Virus record (IMG/VR): IMGVR_UViG_3300042386_000493
Source: an uncultured virus (IMG/VR IMGVR_UViG_3300042386_000493)
Taxonomy: Duplodnaviria > Heunggongvirae > Uroviricota > Caudoviricetes
Direction: 5' to 3' (one strand)
Length of the DNA stretch: 64,000 bases
In this document: positions 1-8,886 of the stretch, piece by piece
How the letters are laid out: each line of letters opens with the position of its first letter
How positions within the stretch are numbered: position 1 is the first letter of the stretch
The notes under the pieces: generated by a model
Database searches by the model: none
What the model was told of the DNA's origin: nothing
What the model saw: only the letters and a program-made list of their open reading frames with translations
Position numbers and translations under genes: made by a program

Positions 1-1723
1 TAGGGTCTTTCGGGTCTCGGTGGTAAGTCAAAAAATCATCAGCCTTGCTACCAAATTTAGTTCCGCCCTCGTTGTCAGCCATAGAAGGTATTTGCTTCTT
101 ACCATTAGCGTCTTTAGTTCGCATCGCTAAAGTATTCGTGTGGGTGTTCAAAAATATCATACTATCTTCTTGCTTAGTCCATACTCTCATTTCCGATAAT
201 TGCTGGTACTGATAATCGTGGCTATTCATTCCAAAAGGTATCTTGGGTAAAATAGAGTTAAATGGGTCAATAAACATTCCTATCGTGCTATGCTTCGCTC
301 GAACCGTGCTACCCATTTCTAGCATTTGCTCGTGGCTATATAAATTATCGTTTTTAATCATAAAGAAATGTTCTTGCACAAACTCGTATGCCTTTCGGTA
401 TTCCAAGTCATTCATATCCTTAATGCTCTTTCCGATATAAAAACCCATAAGCGTACTTCGAAGAGCCGCGTTCTTGTTCTCATTACTAATTATCGTCCAT
501 TTCCAATCGTGGATAATTGAGGCAAGTAAGAACTTGTACATTGCTACCGTTGTCTTTCCGACGTTAGGAAACCCGTTGATAATGTTAAACTGTTGCTTCT
601 TGAATAAAAAGTAAGGGTCTAGTGACTTAATTCCTGTGCTAAACCCTAGTTGCAAACTTCCGTTACGGACGCTTTCAATATAGGTTCGCATTGTGGTTTC
701 ATCTTCTAAAAAAGACAAGTTCTCGTCAATAACTATTTCTCTATCTTTTTTCTTGTCTACCTTTCTTTCTTCGTTTCTAGTTCCGTAGCCTTCTGCGTTT
801 AATTGGGAAGCGGCTCTGCTATAATCACCATTGCATTCAAGCATAGCGTAAACCGTTGCTGGTTTATACGCCTTTTGTGGCTCAAACTCCGTACTTGTGC
901 TAAACACACTAAACCAACGTAATTTCTTGTCAAAATTTCCGCTATGTGCCGACGTGGTGTGACCAACTCTCTTAACAAGTACCTTATCGCCTTTTTCGCC
1001 CACAATAGTCCATCCATTTCGCACTAGGACACCTACTACATCACCTCGCTCATTAAAGTCGTTTAATGGGGTTATATGGAAGCCTTCTTGTGCTTTCTCC
1101 GACACCTTTACTTCTACCTCAACCAATCTTTCGTTAAAAGAACGGGCAGTATTAATCAAAATTTCTCTCTCTTCCTCCGTGATAGTCGGTATATCGGTAA
1201 AACTTCCTTTGGCTAATCCATACCCCTTGCTTGGATAAATCATAAAGTAACCGCCTTCTCCTCGTGTTTCGATTAAAACTCTTACCTTATCGTGCTTAGA
1301 AGCCTTATCTGCCTCTTCGGGTGTTTTACCCTTGGATATGTTTAGTTCATAAGTAGCGTTCTTTTCCTCTACCGTGGTGTCTCTATTGGCTAACTTTTGG
1401 TTTCCTTCAATCTTTGAGCATCGGTATATCAAGTGAAAACCGTTGTTCATTGTCTTTTGAATAACTAGGCGGGACAACAAAGATGGACACAAATCATTTA
1501 CAATTTCTTTGTATCGCTGGATAAGCGTACCTGTTATATCGTACTTCAAGTCAAAGTCTAATCCTTCTACGCCACCCGAAGCTGAACCGCATACTAAACC
1601 AACGTAATTAGCGTCGGTTATCTCACTTGATTGCTCTTTCCACTTTCCAGTTGGAGTCTTATCGGACTTTAGTTGAATCAACTTCAAACCCGCGTCTTGC
1701 ATTTGTTGTATTAAATTTTCCAT
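1..1723 (-). CDS. Primase-polymerase (Prim-Pol) fused to a C-terminal SF4/DnaB-like helicase; 3' end runs off the window
   Basis: Absent from the ORF track because it has no stop in the window. Manual translation from ATG 1723: MENLIQQMQDAGLKLIQL...GLVCGSASGGVEGLDFD...GFHLIYR...ETRGEGGYFMIYPS (Prim-Pol motifs). Walker A GFPNVGKT at ~551-574 is in frame, followed by Walker B-like MFIDP and ADDFLTYHR at the window edge. Confidence 0.85.
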   Translation of the reverse strand, partial: MENLIQQMQDAGLKLIQLKSDKTPTGKWKEQSSEITDANYVGLVCGSASGGVEGLDFDLKYDITGTLIQRYKEIVNDLCPSLLSRLVIQKTMNNGFHLIYRCSKIEGNQKLANRDTTVEEKNATYELNISKGKTPEEADKASKHDKVRVLIETRGEGGYFMIYPSKGYGLAKGSFTDIPTITEEEREILINTARSFNERLVEVEVKVSEKAQEGFHITPLNDFNERGDVVGVLVRNGWTIVGEKGDKVLVKRVGHTTSAHSGNFDKKLRWFSVFSTSTEFEPQKAYKPATVYAMLECNGDYSRAASQLNAEGYGTRNEERKVDKKKDREIVIDENLSFLEDETTMRTYIESVRNGSLQLGFSTGIKSLDPYFLFKKQQFNIINGFPNVGKTTVAMYKFLLASIIHDWKWTIISNENKNAALRSTLMGFYIGKSIKDMNDLEYRKAYEFVQEHFFMIKNDNLYSHEQMLEMGSTVRAKHSTIGMFIDPFNSILPKIPFGMNSHDYQYQQLSEMRVWTKQEDSMIFLNTHTNTLAMRTKDANGKKQIPSMADNEGGTKFGSKADDFLTYHRDPKDP

Positions 1724-2583
1724 TGCGCTGCCTCCCTTATATTTTGTTCTGCTTTTGTGTAAGAAGTCAAATCTGAAATCATTTTTCTATCGTCAGGAGG
1801 AAAACGGTCTATGTCGGATTGGTACAATATCATAAACCTACGTTCTTCTAAAGTAAACCTTGTTTCGTCAAATGGTCTTTGTTTAATTCTTTCAAGAAGC
1901 ATATTGTACCTTTTCTCTTTAGTGTCAAACTTTGTTAAGTCGTTTGCGCCTTCCAGTGAAACAAATCGTTCTAACTTATCTCCTCTTGTTATAAATTCTA
2001 AAGTTGCGTAACAATAATTATTGTCTTTATGAAAAGAGTCTTCGTGTAAAGACTTTAACGCTTTCTTCAAATCTTCTATCTTATAGCCCTCTTTTACCCT
2101 TGCGCTATATTGTGACTTGCTTTTTTTACATCCTCTGCTTTTACGTTGAAACAAATCATTGTAATAACTTACAAAAATCGGGTATGTTTCTTTTATATAT
2201 ATATCTTTAGTATCTTGTTTCTTTATAATAGGGGCACTTTCAGCGACCTCGCTATTTGTGCCTCTCGCTAACAGTTCGTTCGGGTCAAGACTAAATCTAT
2301 GTTGCCACCCTTCAAAATCACCGTTATCCTTGTGTGTTTTTTCACTAGCTATGTAGCCTTTTAGTCGAAGGCTTTTAAACACACGGTCAACAGTTCCTTC
2401 TAACTCTCCCATCATTAAATGCAAATTTGATTTGTAAATGACAAAAGTTTCAGGTAGGCTATTCAAAAACAAAAGCAACCCCTTTTCTTCCAAAGAAAGT
2501 TCTTTCGATTGAGCAACAGAATTTGGTATAACCGTAAAACCACCCCCAAGTTGCACTTTTATTATTCTTCCGCTATTAGCCAT
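1711..2583 (-). CDS. Phage replisome organiser/replication initiator (N-terminal wHTH, C-terminal Phg_2220_C-like domain)
   Basis: FTVIPN...LSLEEKGLLLFL...LRLKGYI N-terminus; ARVKEGYKIEDLKKA...ATLEFITRGDKLERF C-terminus; lies directly upstream of the primase-helicase. Confidence 0.7.
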   Translation of the reverse strand: MANSGRIIKVQLGGGFTVIPNSVAQSKELSLEEKGLLLFLNSLPETFVIYKSNLHLMMGELEGTVDRVFKSLRLKGYIASEKTHKDNGDFEGWQHRFSLDPNELLARGTNSEVAESAPIIKKQDTKDIYIKETYPIFVSYYNDLFQRKSRGCKKSKSQYSARVKEGYKIEDLKKALKSLHEDSFHKDNNYCYATLEFITRGDKLERFVSLEGANDLTKFDTKEKRYNMLLERIKQRPFDETRFTLEERRFMILYQSDIDRFPPDDRKMISDLTSYTKAEQNIREAAQWKI

Positions 2584-2609
2584 TTTGTTTGATGTTTATC
2601 ATAAGTTTT

Positions 2610-2712
2610 AAAAAAAGAAAAACCCCATAGGGACAAGCTATGGGGTTGAGTTAAGCAAGGTATTTAATCTTACTCGCCAAAACCCTCGAAGGCTTGTCCT
2701 ACTTCGAGAGTT
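2610..2712 (-). promoter_or_regulatory. Structured 5' leader (attenuator) of the replication operon: two hairpins with complementary loops, the second an intrinsic terminator
   Basis: Stems 2681-2691/2702-2712 and 2621-2630/2638-2647; loop sequences GGACAAGC and GCTTGTCC; U-tract follows on the minus strand. Confidence 0.7.
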
Positions 2713-2726
2713 GCGGCTATACTAGG

Positions 2727-2734
2727 CAAATATA
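2727..2734 (-). promoter_or_regulatory. Bacteroidota sigma-A -7 element TATATTTG
   Basis: Matches TAnnTTTG; intergenic, upstream of the structured leader. Confidence 0.7.
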
Positions 2735-2741
2735 CAAAAAA

Positions 2742-3017
2742 TCAAATTACAACTGCTTCTTCCTTAAAAAATAAATACTCGTCCCGATTTAAAAATCGCA
2801 TTAAGAGAGAAACGTAAAAGGCGTCACACACATCATTTAAATTAACCTTCCTACTCCACTTGTACCCGTCACCAGTATTAACGACAGTTAGAATGTGTTT
2901 ACCCCTACAATGTTCTTCCCATAATCTATTATCGGAATGAAAAAGAGCGCACTCGTCTTCCGCTTGGATTAGATAATACTCATCTTCCCATTCCTTGTTT
3001 CGAATTACGTACTTCAT
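2742..3017 (-). CDS. Hypothetical protein
   Basis: 91-aa ORF in operon order. Confidence 0.7.
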   Translation of the reverse strand: MKYVIRNKEWEDEYYLIQAEDECALFHSDNRLWEEHCRGKHILTVVNTGDGYKWSRKVNLNDVCDAFYVSLLMRFLNRDEYLFFKEEAVVI

Positions 3018-3172
3018 TAGTTTTCTAGTTTTTTAGACCACTTCTCTTGAAACTCGTAGATTTCGTCGTCAATTTGATTGGCTACTGGAACGTTAGCAAA
3101 TGCACCGCTAAGGGCAAAGGACTTCCAAGAATTTAAATTTTGGAGGTGTTTGTAATAGTTGTCTTTTGTCAT
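3017..3172 (-). CDS. Small hypothetical protein (51 aa)
   Basis: Manual: MTKDNYYKHLQNLNSWKSF...KKLEN*; A-rich leader; TAATG overlap with the next gene. Confidence 0.6.
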   Translation of the reverse strand: MTKDNYYKHLQNLNSWKSFALSGAFANVPVANQIDDEIYEFQEKWSKKLEN

Positions 3173-3184
3173 AATGTTTTATTT

Positions 3185-3312
3185 TAAAAAATGCTCGTCT
3201 TTCCGAGCCGTCAACAAAACTTAAATCTTACCTACGAGAGAGAGGTATTCTGTGTGGTTGTTCCCATTGCCTAGGCAGTGTCTAGTATGCCTTTGGATGC
3301 CTCTCGTGTCAG
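3185..3312 (-). ncRNA. Candidate small structured RNA or leader with its own promoter and terminator
   Basis: TACATTTG at 3316-3323; ACGAGAG/CTCTCGT closing stem; AGGCA/TGCCT hairpin; terminal GCTCG-GAAAGA-CGAGC followed by a U-tract. Confidence 0.45.
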
Positions 3313-3354
3313 CTACAAATGTAAGGCAAGTGTTCTGCTAAATAAAAGCCAAAA

Positions 3355-3645
3355 TTAGTTAACTTCTTGACGTATCGTTTTGTAATACTTCCCGTCTTTG
3401 TTGATTGTTGTTCGGATAGTGGGAAGCGGGTAAACGTCGTAACATATTAGCATCTCCACCACTTCACCATACTCCTCAACCGTTTTATTCCTCACCACTT
3501 TAGTCTCCAGCAAGATTTTATCACCTATTTTATACTTAGAGTTCTCTAGTATAAACTTTTGCTCTAATCCAATCATTGCAGCCCTTATTTCGTGGTGCTT
3601 TTTAATAGAACGGGTATGTAAGTCTAGCAATTCTTGTGATGTCAT
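3355..3645 (-). CDS. Hypothetical protein
   Basis: 96-aa ORF with a KYKIGDKI motif common in small phage beta proteins. Confidence 0.7.
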   Translation of the reverse strand: MTSQELLDLHTRSIKKHHEIRAAMIGLEQKFILENSKYKIGDKILLETKVVRNKTVEEYGEVVEMLICYDVYPLPTIRTTINKDGKYYKTIRQEVN

Positions 3646-3827
3646 TTGATGCTATCTAAATAGTTCTCAATGCACTTTTCTATTACACCTGAAAAACTCA
3701 TATCGGTTTGAACGGCTTTTCTTTTTACTCTATCTAGCGTTTCTTGGCGCACCATAAATCTGTAAGATACACGACCCACGCGGGTGCGGTAGGGGTTAGT
3801 CTTTGTAATATCGCGTTTTGGGTTCAT
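3642..3827 (-). CDS. Ribbon-helix-helix (CopG/Arc-like) DNA-binding protein
   Basis: Start revised to ATG 3827; VSYRFMVRQETLDRVKRKA...MSFSGVIEKCIENYL fits the RHH pattern. Confidence 0.6.
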   Translation of the reverse strand: MNPKRDITKTNPYRTRVGRVSYRFMVRQETLDRVKRKAVQTDMSFSGVIEKCIENYLDSIK

Positions 3828-4018
3828 TGTTTGTGTTTTTCTATGTTTATTAGTTTCTTTGTGTAGACGGCGGAGTCTAGTAACTCCTCGTATAAGTGTT
3901 GCAACCAGTCTACACGAGTAAGGTCGGTGCGGTCTACCGTACAACCGTATTCTTTTAAGCCTTTTCCCTCTCGTTTTTCAAGGTCGGCACATATTTCTTT
4001 TACTATTTCTGATTTCAT
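3824..4018 (-). CDS. Small all-alpha protein, possibly MazG-like nucleotide pyrophosphatase
   Basis: KGLKEYG.TVDR.DL...WLQHLYEELLDSAVY with an EExxD acidic motif. Confidence 0.5.
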   Translation of the reverse strand: MKSEIVKEICADLEKREGKGLKEYGCTVDRTDLTRVDWLQHLYEELLDSAVYTKKLINIEKHKQ

Positions 4019-4022
4019 AAGT

Positions 4023-4901
4023 TTAATTTATTTCGCAACCTCCCGTGTCGCAGCTAGAAAAATCATCAAATTCAAGTTTAAGCTGGGGTTTCCAATTCAT
4101 AATATCCTTGAAACTACAATCGTCTCTAAATGTAGCGTTAAGTTCTAATTCCATATCGTTAAAAGCCTCAATCTTGTTTCTATTATCACTAAAGTTGTAT
4201 TCCCAATTAGTGTACATCGGGTCAGCCCAATAGCAACCTCGGCAATTATTAATAGAAGCAAACTTAACAGGTTTGTCTTTCCAAAACTCAATAATGTCTT
4301 TTTTTAAAATACCATCATTAATTAAAGGGAAATTAAGTTTTTGCCAAGCAAATTCCTCCCACTTGTTTTGTCCTTTATCACCCCTCCAGCCTTCGGTGTG
4401 CTTAGAAACGGTATGCTTTAATACAGAAAACCCATTTATATCTGTTTTAGCTATTGCTCTTTCGGCTCTTTCAGTTTCATTTGCCCTAAAACCAATATTC
4501 ATTTCAACGGGTATTTGAGCGTTAAAATAAAACCACTCAAAAATAGGAATTAACTTCAACTCGGTAGTGCAAAACCGACTGTGCATATTAGGCAAATGCT
4601 TTCTATCCCTAACCATTTCCTCAAAAGTAAACTTAGAAGTAACCCATTGAATAGGCTTCCCTAAATACTGCTCTAAATTAAGCATTGTGGTTATGATAAT
4701 ATCATCCTCTAACGTGCCAATGAAGTCCATCCCAATTCTATCCTCAACTATTCTTTTAAGAACCAAATCCTTAAACATAGTTTTAGGGTTACTAGACCGA
4801 ACTAGAGAAAAAATATTGTATTGAGTAGGGTAGTTTGCGGCTAAATACGCGCTTGTCATTCCCCCACTAACACTTGTTGCGGTTATTAATTCTGATTTCA
4901 T
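4023..4901 (-). CDS. PAPS-reductase-like (PP-loop) protein with Cys clusters
   Basis: SVSGGMTS PP-loop, RFCTTELK, IGFRANETERA, NCRGC, C-terminal SCDTGGC. Confidence 0.75.
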   Translation of the reverse strand: MKSELITATSVSGGMTSAYLAANYPTQYNIFSLVRSSNPKTMFKDLVLKRIVEDRIGMDFIGTLEDDIIITTMLNLEQYLGKPIQWVTSKFTFEEMVRDRKHLPNMHSRFCTTELKLIPIFEWFYFNAQIPVEMNIGFRANETERAERAIAKTDINGFSVLKHTVSKHTEGWRGDKGQNKWEEFAWQKLNFPLINDGILKKDIIEFWKDKPVKFASINNCRGCYWADPMYTNWEYNFSDNRNKIEAFNDMELELNATFRDDCSFKDIMNWKPQLKLEFDDFSSCDTGGCEIN

Positions 4902-5053
4902 TGCGCTTTAATTACTATATAAGGACAAGTGTTTGGAATAGCAGCAATTAAATTGCCGTTTTTATAAAAGAAAACTTTTATATCGTCAACATTAATGCTA
5001 TCAGCCTCAAACACAATCTCGTGCGCGTGGTAATATACTTTGTACGTTTTCAT
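4898..5053 (-). CDS. Small hypothetical protein (51 aa)
   Basis: Manual: MKTYKVYYHAHEIVFEAD...; ATGA overlap with the next gene. Confidence 0.55.
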   Translation of the reverse strand: MKTYKVYYHAHEIVFEADSINVDDIKVFFYKNGNLIAAIPNTCPYIVIKAQ

Positions 5054-5121
5054 TGTTTAATTTTTGGCTAAGATACTAGACTCTTTATGCAATCAAGTTT
5101 CTATTGTGATATTTTAACACA

Positions 5122-5298
5122 CTATTTTCCGTTAATATTTGATATTTCTAATTCGTCATCCTCGATTAAGCTACTCACATACCCACACTTACATTTATAC
5201 ACGTTGTAGGTGTGATTGTAAATACCGAAAACTGATTCGGTGTGTGAGAGGGTGAGGGGAGAAAAACAAGAGGGGCATTGGTTTATTTTTTTAGCCAT
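5122..5298 (-). CDS. Small zinc-ribbon protein
   Basis: CPSC...CKCG; probable start MAKKINQC. Confidence 0.6.
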   Translation of the reverse strand: MAKKINQCPSCFSPLTLSHTESVFGIYNHTYNVYKCKCGYVSSLIEDDELEISNINGK

Positions 5299-6332
5299 TC
5301 TGATATGCTCCAATAAGGTGTGACTTCGTGTTTATTAGGGTCAAGCGTGAAACAAGGAAAATAATCTTGATGCTTTAGGGAGAATAAGCGCTTACCGTAG
5401 CCGCTATTTTGCAAACTACCACAATTTAACGCCACTCTCATTTTACCGCCTTCAACGTACTTAATAAGCCCCGCAACGTGGCTATCTCCAGCAGCGCAAA
5501 CTTCTCTATCATTCGCTTCCATACGCATATATCGCATAAGTGAGTGACAAGGGTTAAGCATAGTTCGACCTCTAAAGAAATGGGCTACGGCTAGTTTGTA
5601 AATCTCTTTACCAACCTTAACATCTACGTGTCCAATACCTGAATGATAAATGGTGTGACGCTTAAATATCTCCGCATACGCAGAATAACCCACCGCATTC
5701 TCCTCTCTCATTACAGAGTGGTTGTCCCAAGTAGAGCAGATGACCTTGTGCTTAACAGACATTAGCCAGCTCTCCAAGAAACGTATCTGCCAGTATGGAG
5801 GTAGGGCATTATCCGACACCTCTAGTACACCTCTTAGCTTGATACTCATTTGTAATAAGTCACCAACTAGGATAACGTAAAGGTTTGGGGTGTTTATGAT
5901 TTCGTCAGTAATAGCAATTAGCTTGTCGTAATCGGTAGCCCAACTTCCCATATGCGTATCACCCAACACTAAAATACATATTGGTTTCTTTGTTTTAACT
6001 TCCCAACTTGCGTAATCTTGTGACCCTTTGTGAGCCTTAAACAATTTTTGAAAAGTTTGTAGAGGCTTAATAGCGTCTCTCCAGTCAAACTCACCCAATT
6101 CCGCCTTGTCGGTAGCTATATCTTCTGTTTGGTATTGCTCCAAATCCCTAGATTTCTTAGAGGTTACGTGCGTGTGATACATTCTACGCAAAGTTCCTTC
6201 CGCTACTCCATAGTCTTTTGCTAATCTTTTAATGTACTTTGCTTGTGACTCTTCTTCATTTTGTCGTTCCGATTGAAAAACCGAAATCCATTTAGACGGT
6301 TGTTTGTTGTTCATTTGTTTTGTTTTCGTCAA
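5283..6332 (-). CDS. Calcineurin-like metallophosphoesterase with N-terminal HTH-like region
   Basis: LGDTHMG, VGDLL, DNHS, AH and GDSH motifs. Confidence 0.8.
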   Translation of the reverse strand: MTKTKQMNNKQPSKWISVFQSERQNEEESQAKYIKRLAKDYGVAEGTLRRMYHTHVTSKKSRDLEQYQTEDIATDKAELGEFDWRDAIKPLQTFQKLFKAHKGSQDYASWEVKTKKPICILVLGDTHMGSWATDYDKLIAITDEIINTPNLYVILVGDLLQMSIKLRGVLEVSDNALPPYWQIRFLESWLMSVKHKVICSTWDNHSVMREENAVGYSAYAEIFKRHTIYHSGIGHVDVKVGKEIYKLAVAHFFRGRTMLNPCHSLMRYMRMEANDREVCAAGDSHVAGLIKYVEGGKMRVALNCGSLQNSGYGKRLFSLKHQDYFPCFTLDPNKHEVTPYWSISEWLKK

Positions 6333-6684
6333 TACTATTTTGATACACCAACGTAGTGCCGTACTTGCAGTTACTCCACGCTTGGATGAATACGTCGAAA
6401 TCTATATCTACGATGTATTCGTGTCCCAAATCGGTTATAACTTTTGTAATTAAATAGGTTGATTCTTCTTCGTCTTCGCTCTCGGTGTAGAAATAACCTA
6501 GCGCTTCCTTCACACTCATTAAGTCTAGCCCTATTGGATGCCACTCGGCAATAGTTTCAGCCAGTTCGGGATACATTTTTTGCGCGTCCTCTAGGCTAAC
6601 TCCCATTGACATTGCCTTTTCAGCTATCAAGCTATCAGAACTCTGCAAATATGTAGTAACGTATATCTTCGGTGTTGCTTCCAT
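6292..6684 (-). CDS. Acidic hypothetical protein
   Basis: 130-aa ORF preceded by TATATTTG at 6714-6721. Confidence 0.65.
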   Translation of the reverse strand: MEATPKIYVTTYLQSSDSLIAEKAMSMGVSLEDAQKMYPELAETIAEWHPIGLDLMSVKEALGYFYTESEDEEESTYLITKVITDLGHEYIVDIDFDVFIQAWSNCKYGTTLVYQNSIDENKTNEQQTTV

Positions 6685-6761
6685 CGGACTGCTATTTACG
6701 AGTTCGTTAAATACAAATATACCCCGATTTTTGGTCGGGGCGTTATAATTTGTGTTAAAAG

Positions 6762-6944
6762 TTAGGCAATTTTTGGTAGATAGTAAAACTCGATAGCTAC
6801 ATCGTTATAAGCCCATCCCGTGCCGTTCCAAGTCTCTAAATGAGTCTTTCCGTCCCTTCTTACGACTAGGTATCGCCCGTGTTTTAGGTCGGGCTTGTTA
6901 TATCTTATGTATAAATGCGGAAAAAGTATTGGTAGTTGTTCCAT
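6762..6944 (-). CDS. Small hypothetical protein (DUF551-like pattern)
   Basis: GRYLV...WNGTGW...IEFYYLP. Confidence 0.55.
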   Translation of the reverse strand: MEQLPILFPHLYIRYNKPDLKHGRYLVVRRDGKTHLETWNGTGWAYNDVAIEFYYLPKIA

Positions 6945-6987
6945 ATTTTTATTGAAAATTCATGCAAAATATTACTCTAATTTATTG

Positions 6988-7416
6988 TTAACCAAATATT
7001 TCCATTTGTTCGTTAGGCAACGGTATAATTATGCCTAGTATTTCCGCTCCAAACCGCACAACCCTTTCAATGTACTCCGAGAACTCTTCCGTGCTTAGTT
7101 CGGACGTTCCTCGCGGTATCTTAAACACCTCTCCAGTATCCTCATTTACCAATTCCTTGTAGTTGAAACTAGCTTTGAGAAAGTCGTGTGTTTCCTCGAT
7201 TGAAACGTCGTGACCTAAATCTATTAGCCGTCTGCATACCATTTGGTTGACCGCCGCCCATAAGTACGAATTTTGACTATTACTTCGTTTCTTCTTTTTT
7301 TCTTTAATCTCCATTATGTAATCCCCGTCTCTTAGACAAGCAATGGTATTGTTAAATAACGGGCGGTTGGTTAGGGCAAGATTGCCTTTACTTACTTTGG
7401 CTTGGAAGCAATGCAT
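6988..7416 (-). CDS. NinB-family recombination protein
   Basis: KRSNSQNSYLW...TSELSTEEFSEYIE...GIIIP signature. Confidence 0.75.
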   Translation of the reverse strand: MHCFQAKVSKGNLALTNRPLFNNTIACLRDGDYIMEIKEKKKKRSNSQNSYLWAAVNQMVCRRLIDLGHDVSIEETHDFLKASFNYKELVNEDTGEVFKIPRGTSELSTEEFSEYIERVVRFGAEILGIIIPLPNEQMEIFG

Positions 7417-8044
7417 CTTCTTCTTTATTTGGTTTTATATTGTAATAATAACTATCAGAATCCTCCGAAATCCACTTGTCGGATTGAGCCTCGACAGACT
7501 CAATGTGAGTGTCAACTTTAAATGTAGAAGGCTCCATAGGGAATTGTTTTGTTACCCAGTTGGAGTCTCTCCAAAATATCCTATTGTTAGGTTGACAAAG
7601 CAAGTACCCGTCATCAGCTATAAGTATATGCCCGCACTTGTAGTCAGAAGGTTCATCCGAGTACGGGTTTCTATACCAATCAACAGTCATAAGGTAGGTA
7701 GCCCATATCTTGTTACCATCTTTTAATACCACTTGACACCTTTTCTCGTAAAGATAGTCGTAAGTAATTACGCTTACATTTTCAGAGAAACAATCCCAAA
7801 GTTGTTTAAAATGAAACGGGATGTCATCCTTAGGCTCCTCCATAAATATCTCGGATATAGGAACCCTTGACCGTAGCATACCGTATTCGGTCATAACGTG
7901 GAAGGTTAGTATCTTACCAGCTAAGGACTGTATGGCAAAAGCATAAACTTTGTGGTATGTGTTTTCATCCTCTTCCTTTTTAGTGAAGTGAGATGCCCTT
8001 ACATAGCACTTAAACAGCTCTATGTTCTCGTTTAGTTTACTCAT
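7388..8044 (-). CDS. Conserved phage hypothetical protein
   Basis: 218-aa ORF with QLWDCFS and QPNNRIFW motifs. Confidence 0.7.
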   Translation of the reverse strand: MSKLNENIELFKCYVRASHFTKKEEDENTYHKVYAFAIQSLAGKILTFHVMTEYGMLRSRVPISEIFMEEPKDDIPFHFKQLWDCFSENVSVITYDYLYEKRCQVVLKDGNKIWATYLMTVDWYRNPYSDEPSDYKCGHILIADDGYLLCQPNNRIFWRDSNWVTKQFPMEPSTFKVDTHIESVEAQSDKWISEDSDSYYYNIKPNKEEDALLPSQSK

Positions 8045-8307
8045 TTTGTATAGTAATTAAATAATTGTTCTTTCGATTGAAACACCCCATCGCTGGTAGT
8101 AAACTTACCACCCACCGTACAAACACTGCAAATGATAGCGTCACCCTTCATCAAAAGAAAGTAGGAACGCAAAATAGGTATCAAGGTCATACTGCTTGCT
8201 TTTTCCTTCATCGTAATGCGATTTGATGCGATATGAGGGGATTATGCCTCGTTGTTTTTGTTTGTTCAAATGTACTAATAATGAGGGAGGGGAAAGGTTA
8301 AAGGGTG

Positions 8308-8886
8308 TTAAAACTCACTATCACCACCATTCTTAGGTTCGTAAAGAACTACATAATCACTATACTTCTTAATCCTACTGCCGTTAAAGTAAATAGCGGG
8401 GTTTATCCAAAACACATCCTTGTGATTCATCATAGGGTAGATATAACAGTATCTACACAACTCTTCAATAGCCTTCTTATAAGTAGCCAACAAAGTAGTC
8501 CCCGACTCTTCCATATACCTTACGTGGTTAATCCACAAGTAATCCTTGTTAATATCCAGCTCATACGTTATCCATACAAACAAACGCATAGCACTTGCAC
8601 TTAATCCCATTGTCATTAACCTATTCGCTGACTTATTGTAAATACTTGTCTTAGTATCCCTCTCCAAGTCATAATAAGTCTCAACCAAATCACCATCACC
8701 ATCCTTCTCATACTTACCTTGATTCAACTTCTTGCCAACCAAAACCTGAAAATCATTAGACACAAAAGGATTAACACCTATCTTACTCTCATCAACAACC
8801 TCCCTTTTAGGTCGTTTAGCAGTACTTATTACCTCAATCTTAGGTGTTTTTAAAATTCGATTTGCCCTCCTTTTCTTATTATCCAT
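8308..8886 (-). CDS. RepL-like winged-helix protein
   Basis: LSASAMRLFVWI...YKKAIEEL...FWINPAIYFNGSR resembles the RepL C-terminus; promoter TATATTTG at 8965-8972. Confidence 0.6.
   Translation of the reverse strand: MDNKKRRANRILKTPKIEVISTAKRPKREVVDESKIGVNPFVSNDFQVLVGKKLNQGKYEKDGDGDLVETYYDLERDTKTSIYNKSANRLMTMGLSASAMRLFVWITYELDINKDYLWINHVRYMEESGTTLLATYKKAIEELCRYCYIYPMMNHKDVFWINPAIYFNGSRIKKYSDYVVLYEPKNGGDSEF

Noticed and set aside
243..1017. ORFs 243-440 (+) and 799-1017 (-)
   Set aside because: Both lie within the primase-helicase gene, in other frames or on the other strand
3185..3312. tRNA or hammerhead ribozyme
   Set aside because: No T-loop GTTCRA or cloverleaf and no CUGANGA core recognised; no tRNA was recognised by eye elsewhere in the window either
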